Shown piece by piece: positions 9,135 through 18,440 of a stretch of 64,000 bases of DNA. The stretch's first letter is position 1, and each line of letters starts with the position of its first letter. The notes under the pieces were generated by a model. That model saw only the letters and a list, made by a program, of their open reading frames with translations. It did not search any database and was not told the DNA's origin. Both the position numbers and the translations under genes were made by a program. The DNA comes from an uncultured Saprospiraceae bacterium (lineage in GTDB: Bacteria > Bacteroidota > Bacteroidia > Chitinophagales > Saprospiraceae), in NCBI GenBank assembly GCA_964428345.1, contig CAYRYD010000014.1:28514-92513 (forward strand), in the 5' to 3' direction.

Positions 9135-12100
9135 ATGAGAAGAGGCCACCGGATCCGGCCTTCCATGCTATCGATAATTCGCATCACCTTTCTGATTTGT
9201 TGGTCAGGCATTGCTTTTACCCAACCAGCGGATTCGCTGTATCAGCTGGCTCGTCAGGCATTTACCGACCGGAATTTTGACCAGGCATACCAGACGTACG
9301 AACAAGCCGGTCAAGCATTTCTGGTCAGCGAAGAATGGACCCGGTACCTGCAATGTCGTGTGGAGATGGCCCGCTGCAGCCAGTTTACCAGTTCTGTAAG
9401 CCGGCAGGCTATTCAGCAAATCCTCGATCCGGCAATGGACCTGATGGAAAAGCATCCTTCAGTGCAGCAATCGGTTGAAGCTATCCAGTGCCACCAGTTT
9501 CTGGCCCGGTATTATTGGGCGATCGAAGGTAACTATGCGTCGGCGATTGAATCCTACCAAAAATCGCTGGACCTGGCTGAGACATTGGGTGACACTGCCC
9601 GCTATTACCGGATGTCATCGCTGGCTGATCTCAGTCATGTGTACAGTAATCAGGAAGAGTTTGATCAGGCACTGGACTGTGCTACCAGCGCTTTGGAGCT
9701 TTCCAGGGAAATATACGGTGATGACCACGTTGAAAATGGTCCACGGTATTATGATCTGGGTTTTACCTACTACCGGAAAGGTTACTTTGACCAGGCTATC
9801 CGGCAAATTCGACAAGGCATTCAAATCCTTGAGGAAAATCAGGGTCCGGAGATGCAGATCGGATTGGGATACAATCACCTGTCAGCCGTCTATGTTGCCA
9901 AACTGGATCATGAGGAGGCTTTACAGAGTTCCCGGGCCGCCGGACAGATCCTGTCTAATTATCTGGGACCTGACCATGAAGCCCTGGCCAATATTTACTG
10001 GGACCTCGGAGTCATGTATACCGATCTGGAAATGTATGAACCGGCAGAAGAAAATCTGAGAAAAGCGGCAGCACTCTTCCAAACCAATTTTGGACCTTCC
10101 TATCCGCAGTTTCCCCAACTGTATCATCAACTTGGCTACTGCTACAATCAGATGGGTCGTTATAGAGAAGCCGAAAAATGGCACCAGGATGCTTATGAGT
10201 TGAATCTCATGACCTATGGCCCACAACATCCCCGCACCGGCGAATCTTACCGCCAACTGGCCAACCACTATAACTCAGAAGGTAATGTGAAACAAGCTGG
10301 TTGGGCAATCAGCAAAGGTCTCGAAATTGTCGGGGCTGCCGGAAATCAATCCAATGTATTACGAGCAGGCATATTTAGCGAACAGGCCAGGCTCCTTAAC
10401 CATCAGCATCAGTACTATGATGCGGTAGATTCCTATGATAAGGCACTTCAGGCGATTATACAGCCAACCGGAACGGGTGAAGAATTGACCAGCGACCAAA
10501 CATTCAATCCCCTGTATTTTACGGAATTCAACAGTGAGAAAGCTAAAAACCTGTTTCTGGCTTTCCGGCAGGATCAGGATGAAACCTCACTGACCAGGGC
10601 ATTATCTGCCGCCCGGCAGGCACATAACGGTATAAGGCGGCTTCGCCATTCCTATCAGAATGCCGGCTCCAAACTTTTTATGCAGAAAAGAGCCAGAGAG
10701 CATTACGACCTCATGCTCGATATCCTCTTTGAATTCCGGAAAATTACACAGGACGAATCCCTTCTGGCAGAAGCCTGGCAAATCACTGAACAGGCCAAAT
10801 CACTGCTGCTTCTGGAGGAAATCAAAGCCGCAGACCTGATTTTCCCGGGGATACCTGAAAAATCAATCGATACCTTAAAAAATCTAAGAAAGGATCTTAG
10901 TCAACTGCAACAAAGGATTAACGAACACCTGACCGAAGGTGATACCAATGGTTTGACCAGAAAACAGCGGAATTTTTTTTCCACTCAAAATAAATTGATC
11001 CTTTTTGACAACCAACTATCGGAAAAATATCCGGAATATAAATCCATACAAAACGAATTGTCGCCGGTAGATATCTATGAAATTAGCGCCAACTTATTAC
11101 CCGGCCATGTTTTGCTGGAATACTACCTGGCCGATACTGCTCTCCATATTTTTACCCTGGACAGAAAGGAAATTCATTGGGAGAAAAAATCATTGCCATC
11201 TGATTTTGAAAACAGGATTCAAGCCGTGATCAGGGAGAGCCGCGATCTGGAAAAAATCGTACAAAGTCCGCAGCAGGCCCTGAATGATTATCGTGATGAA
11301 GTCCGGCAATTATCGCATTACGTATGGCCTCTCGAGACGCTAAATCATCTTGACGCAGTAGAAGATATCATCATCATTCCGGATCAGGAGCTGGGTTACA
11401 TTGCCTTCGAATCCTTAACTTCCTCTCCGGATGAAAAATATCTTATCGAAAAGTATACCATCAGTTATGCCTACTCCGCTTCATTATATCACCGGGAGAT
11501 TACCAGGGCTGATCAAATTTCCCGGATCAATTATGCCGGTTTTGCCCCTGACTATGCACTTCAGGACAGCTCGACCATAAAGCAGGATCTGGCAATGGTG
11601 CAGCTATACCGGGAGGGCCTGTTTGATCTGCCGGGAGCTCAGAAGGAAGTGGGACAGATCGGCACCCTGTTTAACGGTAAAACCTGGTTGGGTGAGGCGG
11701 CAACCAAAGCTGTTTTCAAGGCAGAAGCCCCCCATTACTCTCTATTGCATCTGGCCCTGCATGGTATCATTGATGAGCAGGAACCGATGCGATCCCGCTT
11801 GCTTTTCTACAACGGGAGTCCGGATGACAATGGAGCATTGAATGCTTATGAAATCTACAACCTTGACCTTCGGGCCAACCTCGCGGTCCTAAGCGCCTGT
11901 AATACCGCTTCCGGATCTCTTCAATCTGGTGAAGGTATTCTCTCCCTGTCCAGAGCTTTCGCCTTTGCAGGCATACCCAATATGGTGGCCAGTCTCTGGC
12001 GGGCAGACGATGCAGCATCTTCAGAAATCATGATCGGATTTTACCGGGGGCTCGCCGGAGGTCTGACTAAGAGCAAGGCCTTACAACAAGCCAAACTGCA

Positions 12101-12281
12101 GTTTATTGGGGATCAAAAAACAAAAACCTATCAGCATCCCTATTTCTGGTCTTCTTTCATTCTTATCGGTGAAAATACCAGCACATTTGCCCGGTCATCC
12201 TACCGGCTATGGTGGGTTGCCGGTATTATCCTCCTTATCATCACTTTCATCTACATGCAGCAAAGAAAAAACCGGGTATAA
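9135..12281 (+). CDS. exported TPR-repeat CHAT-domain (caspase-like) protein with a C-terminal membrane anchor
   Basis: 1048-aa ORF with an N-terminal signal-like segment (LSIIRITFLICWSGIAFTQP) and several hundred aa of TPR-like repeats. The C-terminal CHAT core has HLALHG (His876, 11760-11762) and LAVLSACNTASG (Cys922, 11898-11900). Final TM helix WWVAGIILLIITFIYM followed by QQRKNRV. Confidence 0.9.
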   Translation: MRRGHRIRPSMLSIIRITFLICWSGIAFTQPADSLYQLARQAFTDRNFDQAYQTYEQAGQAFLVSEEWTRYLQCRVEMARCSQFTSSVSRQAIQQILDPAMDLMEKHPSVQQSVEAIQCHQFLARYYWAIEGNYASAIESYQKSLDLAETLGDTARYYRMSSLADLSHVYSNQEEFDQALDCATSALELSREIYGDDHVENGPRYYDLGFTYYRKGYFDQAIRQIRQGIQILEENQGPEMQIGLGYNHLSAVYVAKLDHEEALQSSRAAGQILSNYLGPDHEALANIYWDLGVMYTDLEMYEPAEENLRKAAALFQTNFGPSYPQFPQLYHQLGYCYNQMGRYREAEKWHQDAYELNLMTYGPQHPRTGESYRQLANHYNSEGNVKQAGWAISKGLEIVGAAGNQSNVLRAGIFSEQARLLNHQHQYYDAVDSYDKALQAIIQPTGTGEELTSDQTFNPLYFTEFNSEKAKNLFLAFRQDQDETSLTRALSAARQAHNGIRRLRHSYQNAGSKLFMQKRAREHYDLMLDILFEFRKITQDESLLAEAWQITEQAKSLLLLEEIKAADLIFPGIPEKSIDTLKNLRKDLSQLQQRINEHLTEGDTNGLTRKQRNFFSTQNKLILFDNQLSEKYPEYKSIQNELSPVDIYEISANLLPGHVLLEYYLADTALHIFTLDRKEIHWEKKSLPSDFENRIQAVIRESRDLEKIVQSPQQALNDYRDEVRQLSHYVWPLETLNHLDAVEDIIIIPDQELGYIAFESLTSSPDEKYLIEKYTISYAYSASLYHREITRADQISRINYAGFAPDYALQDSSTIKQDLAMVQLYREGLFDLPGAQKEVGQIGTLFNGKTWLGEAATKAVFKAEAPHYSLLHLALHGIIDEQEPMRSRLLFYNGSPDDNGALNAYEIYNLDLRANLAVLSACNTASGSLQSGEGILSLSRAFAFAGIPNMVASLWRADDAASSEIMIGFYRGLAGGLTKSKALQQAKLQFIGDQKTKTYQHPYFWSSFILIGENTSTFARSSYRLWWVAGIILLIITFIYMQQRKNRV

Positions 12282-12367
12282 AAATTTTTCCCTGAGCAGT
12301 TTACCTTTTCCGGATTGAAACTATTAAGGGTGACAAACAACTTTTTAAACCTCTTAAAAGTATCGAC

Positions 12368-12646
12368 ATGAAAAGGAATTACCTGATAATGCTGCCTTTA
12401 ATCGTCACCCTGATTTTTACCAGTTGCCGGAAATCGGTTGGAGATGATCCGGGAGACTGCATGGTTCATATTGAGAAGGTCAATACTTCACTCAATGACT
12501 ACATCAATGAGCCGTCGGTCGAAAATTGCAAAGCATATCTCAATGCCATACGGTCATACATCAAATCGAATGCATGTTTTGGTAACATCTTTTTTGATGA
12601 ATATCAGCGGGCCTTGAAAGAACTGGAAGACGATGAATGCAACTAA
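12368..12646 (+). CDS. small Cys-rich lipoprotein, unknown function
   Basis: 92-aa ORF with lipobox LIFTSC and four further Cys residues; lies 86 nt downstream of the CHAT gene on the same strand. Confidence 0.5.
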   Translation: MKRNYLIMLPLIVTLIFTSCRKSVGDDPGDCMVHIEKVNTSLNDYINEPSVENCKAYLNAIRSYIKSNACFGNIFFDEYQRALKELEDDECN

Positions 12647-12926
12647 TAATCCTGTCCATTAGCCATCAGATCGGGAATATTCAAGCTCAGCAGACTTTCT
12701 GTCAAAAAAAGATACTTGTGAAGCTGCTTCTAAAAAAATTCCTGATCTGATGGTCAGATTACCAACATTGAAGTATTATCTTTTTTAACAAAGTCATCTG
12801 CATCGATCAACTATACTCTCAAAATATCATGGTGTATAGACTTTCTGGATCTCTTAGAATCAGTATTCCGTTTGTTTTCGATATCTTCGAATGGACATCA
12901 GCATTATTTACACTAAATAACCAAAC

Positions 12927-13238
12927 ATGAAACGAGTCAGGAAATTCGGAGTATTCCAAACGGCAAAAGTCTCTGCTGTTATTTATTTTCTTCTTTCGGC
13001 GGTCTTTATGATCCCCGTTGCACTGATAAGTACGATCATGGGCGGTTCGGAAATTCCAGGCTTTCCTTTTGCCAGGGGATTTCTGATCATCATCCTTCCC
13101 TTTTTTTACGGCGCCCTGGGTTTTATTTTTACCGCTATGGGATGCCTGGTATACAACCTGGTTTCAGGGTGGACCGGAGGTATCGAAGTGGAATTTGAAT
13201 CGGCTGACCAGGAAACCTTACATGAACTGGCACAATAA
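12927..13238 (+). CDS. DUF3566-like small membrane protein
   Basis: 103-aa ORF with FGVFQTAKVSAVIYFLL...GCLVYNLVSGWTGGIEVEFE and a predicted multi-pass membrane topology. Resembles the DUF3566 transmembrane domain as I recall it. Confidence 0.55.
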   Translation: MKRVRKFGVFQTAKVSAVIYFLLSAVFMIPVALISTIMGGSEIPGFPFARGFLIIILPFFYGALGFIFTAMGCLVYNLVSGWTGGIEVEFESADQETLHELAQ

Positions 13239-13254
13239 CCCTAAATGGTAGCTT

Positions 13255-13294
13255 GAAAGTTGATGCAGTGTCTCAAGGTTAAACATCAACTTTC
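13255..13294 (+). terminator. hairpin downstream of the DUF3566-like gene
   Basis: Perfect 11-bp inverted repeat GAAAGTTGATG (13255-13265) / CATCAACTTTC (13284-13294), 17 nt after the stop codon. The downstream T-run is weak. Confidence 0.4.
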
Positions 13295-13417
13295 CCGTTA
13301 TTGATGTTCCCACCTCGTAAAAACCTTTGTGAGGTTTCTTATCATTTTTCACATTTTCATACTTTGCACCCCCATGATTGAGACTAAAATATAATCGAAG
13401 TCAATCAAATTCAAAAG

Positions 13418-13876
13418 ATGCCATATCCCAATGTATTTTCTGAAGAAGTCACCCAACAACTCATTGAACGGATCAACCATCTCACTCCGGAGAGCCGGCC
13501 TCTTTGGGGTAAAATGGCAGTTGGCCAAATGCTTGCCCATTGCTGCGTACCGTATGAAATGACGTATGAAAATATCCATCCGAAGCCTGGCCGTCTGAAG
13601 CGGTTCTTCCTTCGTCTGCTTGCCAAGAATTTGGTGACTGGAGAAAAACCCTATCGGAAGAGTTCACCCACCGCCCCTGCTTTTGTAGTTAAAGACGATC
13701 GGGATTTTGAGACCGAGAAAAAACGTCTGATCGGATACCTGGAGCATACCCGGTCTTTAGGAGAAGAGCACTTCCGGCAGAAAGAATATATTTCTTTTGG
13801 ACGCCTCACCCTAACGGAATGGAACAACATGTTTTACAAGCATCTGGATCATCATCTGAGACAGTTTGGAGCATGA
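13418..13876 (+). CDS. DUF1569 / DinB-superfamily protein
   Basis: 152-aa ORF. The size and motifs (RPLWGKM.VGQMLAHC, ...WNNMFYKHLDHHLRQFG) fit DUF1569. Confidence 0.6.
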   Translation: MPYPNVFSEEVTQQLIERINHLTPESRPLWGKMAVGQMLAHCCVPYEMTYENIHPKPGRLKRFFLRLLAKNLVTGEKPYRKSSPTAPAFVVKDDRDFETEKKRLIGYLEHTRSLGEEHFRQKEYISFGRLTLTEWNNMFYKHLDHHLRQFGA

Positions 13877-13905
13877 ATGTGATGAAGTTAAGCCATCCTG
13901 ACATG

Positions 13906-14877
13906 TTACAAACCCAACTCCTGCAGATATTGGTAGCTCTTTTGAATATTATCAAACGGATCACCCTGACTGTGTTGATCCTGCTCTACAAAACCATATT
14001 TCACTCCGGCGTTATGAGCGGCGGTCAATACCGCTTTAACATCAATGATTCCCTGACCGACCGGCATAAAAGCTTCGGGGGATACCTGCATTTTCACATC
14101 CTTTGGGGTACCTGGTAAAACATCCTTTATGTGTAAAGCCAAAATCTGACTACCCAGCTTTTCAATCCAGGTGACCGGATCGTTATCACTCACCCGCACC
14201 CAAAATATGTCCAGTTCCAGTTTGACCAGCTCCGGATCAAAGCCGGCAATCATCACATCAAACGGGGTAGTACCTTCCTTGGGCTCGAATTCAAAACTGT
14301 GGTTATGGTAATAAAACTGGATACCCCGGGATTTTGCTTTCTCTCCGGCCAGGTTGGCCAGGTCGGCAAATTTCCGGTAGTCATCCAGCGATTGACGGTC
14401 TTCCGGAAAGAGTACGGCCACACCCACGTTGCTTAAACCATTGGCGGCACAGGTATCCAGGATCCGGTCAAATTCAAAATCTGCTGGTCCAGGTTTTGGC
14501 ACCGTCTGCCAGTGACCGGTGATGAAACCCGGGAGGATATGGGTGGCCACCGCCTTCATACCCAGATCACTGATCTGCGAAGACATCTCTTCAATCGTCA
14601 TCGGATTAAAGAGCTCCATCTGTTTATACCCGATGGCAGCTACTTTCTCAAGAGTGCCTTTGGTGTCAGCGGCCAGTTGATCCCGCAGGGTATAGAGCTG
14701 AAGGCCCAGATTGGTAGCATAGGTCTCTTTCATTGGTGCTTCGACCTTCATTTCTTCCATTGGAGCCTGACCGGTTTCCCGCTTTTTGGTTTGACAGGCA
14801 CTCAGACCCACAAGGCAGCCGGCAGCCGTATAGCGTGCAGACAATTTAAGAAACTCCGATCTTGATATTTTACCCAT
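13906..14877 (-). CDS. exported sugar phosphate isomerase/epimerase (xylose isomerase-like TIM barrel), paralog 1
   Basis: 323-aa ORF with a Tat-like/lipoprotein leader (SRSEFLKLS...GLSAC) and TIM-barrel motifs ...LQLYTL.., HNHSFEF, LHIKD. Confidence 0.8.
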   Translation of the reverse strand: MGKISRSEFLKLSARYTAAGCLVGLSACQTKKRETGQAPMEEMKVEAPMKETYATNLGLQLYTLRDQLAADTKGTLEKVAAIGYKQMELFNPMTIEEMSSQISDLGMKAVATHILPGFITGHWQTVPKPGPADFEFDRILDTCAANGLSNVGVAVLFPEDRQSLDDYRKFADLANLAGEKAKSRGIQFYYHNHSFEFEPKEGTTPFDVMIAGFDPELVKLELDIFWVRVSDNDPVTWIEKLGSQILALHIKDVLPGTPKDVKMQVSPEAFMPVGQGIIDVKAVLTAAHNAGVKYGFVEQDQHSQGDPFDNIQKSYQYLQELGL

Positions 14878-15080
14878 ATAAATTAAAACTAAAAGTAAGT
14901 ATTACAAATATAGCGATAAACCAGGGAAAATATAAAGAGTGCCAACCAACACTTTGATATAATTACAGCAAATGTTCCTTGACATATACTTCTATACTCA
15001 GATTCGTGTAAAACCAGAAATTAATACTGACCTGATTTTAGCATCGGTAATCCGGGGAAAAATTATTTTCTGAAATATCC

Positions 15081-16139
15081 TCAGGTACTTAATATTTTAT
15101 AAACCAGCTCCTGGAGCATAGCCTGTTCGGAAAATCCATCTCGACCAACTCCCTTGCCCTTCATATCGTAGATCCGAAGCAGATGAATAATTTTTTCTGT
15201 TTGGGTCCGGTTGTACGATTGGGCGGCAATGCGATAATCATTTACAAAATAAGTATTGGACAAACCCAGAGTCTTCTGAATATCCCGGTCCGGCGCTCTT
15301 CCCAAAAAATGCATCAGGTATAATTTTGAGAAGAAACCGAATAAGGCCGGCACCAGCATGGCAAAAGGATTGCTTTTTGGATTGGCCATCAGATATTTCA
15401 CAATCCGGTAGGTCTTTTCCCTGTTCCGGGCACCCAATGCCGCCTGCAGCTCAAAAACGTTATATTCTTTACTGATACCAATATATTTTTCGATATCGTC
15501 TTTGGTGATCTTATGACCCGGTGGCAAATTCAACGAAAGTTTTTCTGCTTCGTTGACAATTTTACTCAGATCATTTCCCAAATAATCGGCGATCAGGGCA
15601 GCATCGGCGGCGCTGATCTTATACCCGAGAACCGTCAGATAATTCGTGACCCAGCCGGGTACCTGATTTTCATAAATTTTCTTGCTCTCAAATACAACAG
15701 CTTTTTCCTTGAGCAATTTGGCAAAGGTTGTTCTCCCATCAATCGTACCGTTTCTAAAACACAACACAAGAATGGTCGATGGTGAAGGGTTTTTCACATA
15801 GGTCTCCAGCTGATTGAATTCTGCCATCGACTGGGCTTCCTTCAGAATGACGACCTGATACTCAGACATCATTGGAAATCTACGGGCATTGTCTACGACC
15901 GTCTTAAAGTCGACATCCTTTCCGTATAAAATAGTCAGGTTAAAAGACTTTTCCGATTCATTCAGCACCTGATTTTCAAAATAATCGGAAATCTGATCAA
16001 TGAAGTAAGATTCCGTTCCCTGTAACAAATAAACGGGCTGAAACTTTCGGTCTTTTAAATCTTTCAGTAAACTTTCTGCTGTCAATGGTTGGGTAGGTTT
16101 ATGCGTTCCCGGATCATTTGCCAGATGCAGCTGACCCAT
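15081..16139 (-). CDS. holA: DNA polymerase III subunit delta
   Basis: 352-aa maximal ORF with KFQPVYLLQGTESYFID, typical of the HolA N-terminus, and appropriate length. The maximal ORF overlaps hemH by 58 nt. An in-frame TTG at 16085 gives a TTGA start/stop overlap with hemH and is the more likely start. Confidence 0.85.
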   Translation of the reverse strand: MGQLHLANDPGTHKPTQPLTAESLLKDLKDRKFQPVYLLQGTESYFIDQISDYFENQVLNESEKSFNLTILYGKDVDFKTVVDNARRFPMMSEYQVVILKEAQSMAEFNQLETYVKNPSPSTILVLCFRNGTIDGRTTFAKLLKEKAVVFESKKIYENQVPGWVTNYLTVLGYKISAADAALIADYLGNDLSKIVNEAEKLSLNLPPGHKITKDDIEKYIGISKEYNVFELQAALGARNREKTYRIVKYLMANPKSNPFAMLVPALFGFFSKLYLMHFLGRAPDRDIQKTLGLSNTYFVNDYRIAAQSYNRTQTEKIIHLLRIYDMKGKGVGRDGFSEQAMLQELVYKILST

Positions 16140-17119
16140 ACCGGATCATCATTCAGGCTGGGCACAAGATCGATCTTTTCTCCCCCCAGTGCAAGAAATT
16201 CTTCCCGGTATTCGTATCCGACCTCGATGATCGTTTCGAGACAGTCGGCTACAAAAGACGGGCTGAACACCAGTAGGCGCCTGTCTCCTTTCCGGGCCCT
16301 TTCTTCCAGTACTGTGGAGGTATACGGCTGCGCCCAGGGATCCTTACCCAGTCTGGACTGAAAGCAGGTAGTGTACTGCTCATCCCCCAGTCCTAATTTA
16401 CCTGCCAGGGCACGGGTGGTTGCATAACACTGGGCACGGTAACAATGACGATTGCCCTCAAAGATCCGGTCGCAGCAGGTGGGGCTCTGCAGACAATGAT
16501 TCGCACTATCTGCTTTTAGCAACTGACGTTGCGGCAACCCGTGATAACTGAACAAAATATGATCGTACGATGAAATATCAAATTGCTGACCATGCCGGGA
16601 AAAAACCTCGATAAAAGCAGGGTGGTCGTAGTAATCTTCAATAAAAAACAGGGAGGGGATCACCTGTTTGTCAACCATGACCCGCATGACCTCTTCGAAA
16701 GCCGAGCCGGTTGTGGCTGATGCATACTGGGGAAAAAGGGGGAAAATGATGATTTCATCGACGTGTTGCGCCAGCAATTCATCGATGGCGACAGCAATCG
16801 AAGGATTTTGATAACGCATCCCAAGTGACACGGGAATTCGCCTTTCCGTCAGATCAAGTAGGAGCTGTTGGACCCGTTCACCATAGTACTTCAGAGGGGA
16901 TCCATCATCGGTCCACAACTTTTGATAGAGATGAGTAGAATTTTTCGCCCTTAACGGCACAATGATTCCCCGCACCAGCAATTGTCTTTGGAACCATGGC
17001 AGATCAATGACCCGGGCATCGGTCAGGAATTGCAACAAATAGCGATTGACGTCTTTGCGCTGAGGCTGGTCCGGTGTGCCCAGATTGATTAAAAGAATTC
17101 CCGGTTTGCGCTGACTCAT
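16082..17119 (-). CDS. hemH: ferrochelatase
   Basis: 345-aa ORF with GILLINLGTPD...YLLQFLTDARVIDLP, FPLFPQYASATTGS and SYHGLP motifs. Confidence 0.95.
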   Translation of the reverse strand: MSQRKPGILLINLGTPDQPQRKDVNRYLLQFLTDARVIDLPWFQRQLLVRGIIVPLRAKNSTHLYQKLWTDDGSPLKYYGERVQQLLLDLTERRIPVSLGMRYQNPSIAVAIDELLAQHVDEIIIFPLFPQYASATTGSAFEEVMRVMVDKQVIPSLFFIEDYYDHPAFIEVFSRHGQQFDISSYDHILFSYHGLPQRQLLKADSANHCLQSPTCCDRIFEGNRHCYRAQCYATTRALAGKLGLGDEQYTTCFQSRLGKDPWAQPYTSTVLEERARKGDRRLLVFSPSFVADCLETIIEVGYEYREEFLALGGEKIDLVPSLNDDPVWVSCIWQMIRERINLPNH

Positions 17120-17251
17120 TACTGGTATCGCTCGGTATCCTGCAAGTATAAGGCTATCTCACGTTAATATTCGATCACGACTCGATTTTTTACCGAATTA
17201 TGCGTTTAACCGGTTCTGCTCCTGAATTTAATACCCGAAATCGTATTTTCG

Positions 17252-18406
17252 ATGACAATACAAGAAAGCTGGATAAACGCCAAATACGAATTTCATTTGA
17301 AAGCAAAAGCTATAATTGCCGACGGGAAAGGTCAGTATTCCCTGGATGATATTGAGGTCTTTCCCCCTGAGGATGACGAGGTACTGGTCAAAATCCGGGC
17401 CTCCGGTATCTGTCATACCGACTTCGATTCGGTCAGGCATTGGCCGGGACCTTTCATTGTGGGGCATGAAGGGGCTGGTATCGTTGAAGCAATAGGCTCA
17501 TCCGTTGAGAGTGTCCGCCCAGGCGATAAGGTGATCCTCAACTGGGCAATCCCTTGTGGAGTTTGTTTTCAATGCAAACAAGGTCAGACCAACATTTGCG
17601 AAAACCATTCACCTGTAGTCCATCATGCCAGATTTAATCCGGGACATGCCGCCCTCGAACGCACACGATACCGGGGCCAGGGCATTCTCCGGTCATTTAA
17701 TCTGGGTACCATGTCAACCCATACGGTCGTGCGGGAAGCGGCAGTGGTCAAAATCGAGAGCGATATTCCCTTTGAAGCTGCCTGTATTGTCGGCTGTGGG
17801 GTAATGACCGGAGTAGGTTCGGTACTGAATACCGCCCGGGTCCATCCCGGCAGCAGTGTTGTGGTGATCGGTGCCGGGGGAGTCGGACTGAATATCATCC
17901 AGGGCGCCAGTATTGCCCGGGCAGGAATGATTATCGTTGCCGAGGTGAGTGAAACCCGCCTGAAGCTGGCGAAGGAATTCGGTGCCACTCACCTGATACG
18001 GGTAGATAGAAACGATCAAAAACTCCTAAAGGTCAAAGACCGGATTTGGGAACTAACCGACCGGGGAGCCGACTATGCTTTTGAGTGCACCGGTATTCCT
18101 GCCCTGGGAGATGCCCCTCTGCGTCTGATCCGCAATGCGGGGATGGCCGTTCAGGTGAGTGGTATTGAGGAGGAGATTACCATAGACATGAATTTGTTTG
18201 AATGGGATAAACTGTATATCAACCCACTCTATGGCAAATGTAATCCGGCTGTTGATTTTCCCAGGATCATCGGATACTACGAATCCGGACAATTAAAACT
18301 GGAGGAGCTGATCAGTCAAAAATACCAACCCGGACAACTGGGGGAAGCTTTTGATGATATGCTTCACGGACGGATAGCCAAAGGGGTGATTTTATTCGAC
18401 TCCTGA
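17252..18406 (+). CDS. zinc-dependent alcohol dehydrogenase (MDR family)
   Basis: 384-aa ORF with GICHTD, GHEGAGIVE, the structural-Zn Cys cluster CGVCFQCKQGQTNIC and the Rossmann motif VIGAGGVGL. Confidence 0.9.
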   Translation: MTIQESWINAKYEFHLKAKAIIADGKGQYSLDDIEVFPPEDDEVLVKIRASGICHTDFDSVRHWPGPFIVGHEGAGIVEAIGSSVESVRPGDKVILNWAIPCGVCFQCKQGQTNICENHSPVVHHARFNPGHAALERTRYRGQGILRSFNLGTMSTHTVVREAAVVKIESDIPFEAACIVGCGVMTGVGSVLNTARVHPGSSVVVIGAGGVGLNIIQGASIARAGMIIVAEVSETRLKLAKEFGATHLIRVDRNDQKLLKVKDRIWELTDRGADYAFECTGIPALGDAPLRLIRNAGMAVQVSGIEEEITIDMNLFEWDKLYINPLYGKCNPAVDFPRIIGYYESGQLKLEELISQKYQPGQLGEAFDDMLHGRIAKGVILFDS

Positions 18407-18440
18407 AAACCCCGAAATCTCCCTGGACTGGATTGCATAA

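Noticed and set aside
9475-10059. Long alternative-frame or antisense ORFs inside well-supported genes: 9475-10059 and 54431-54994 (alternative frames), and 19385-19951, 21237-21767, 27006-27476 and 47953-48477 (antisense).
   Set aside because: Each lies wholly within a longer ORF that has clear family motifs. Their translations are low-complexity or Arg/Pro/Ser-rich with no recognisable motifs. They are shadow ORFs.
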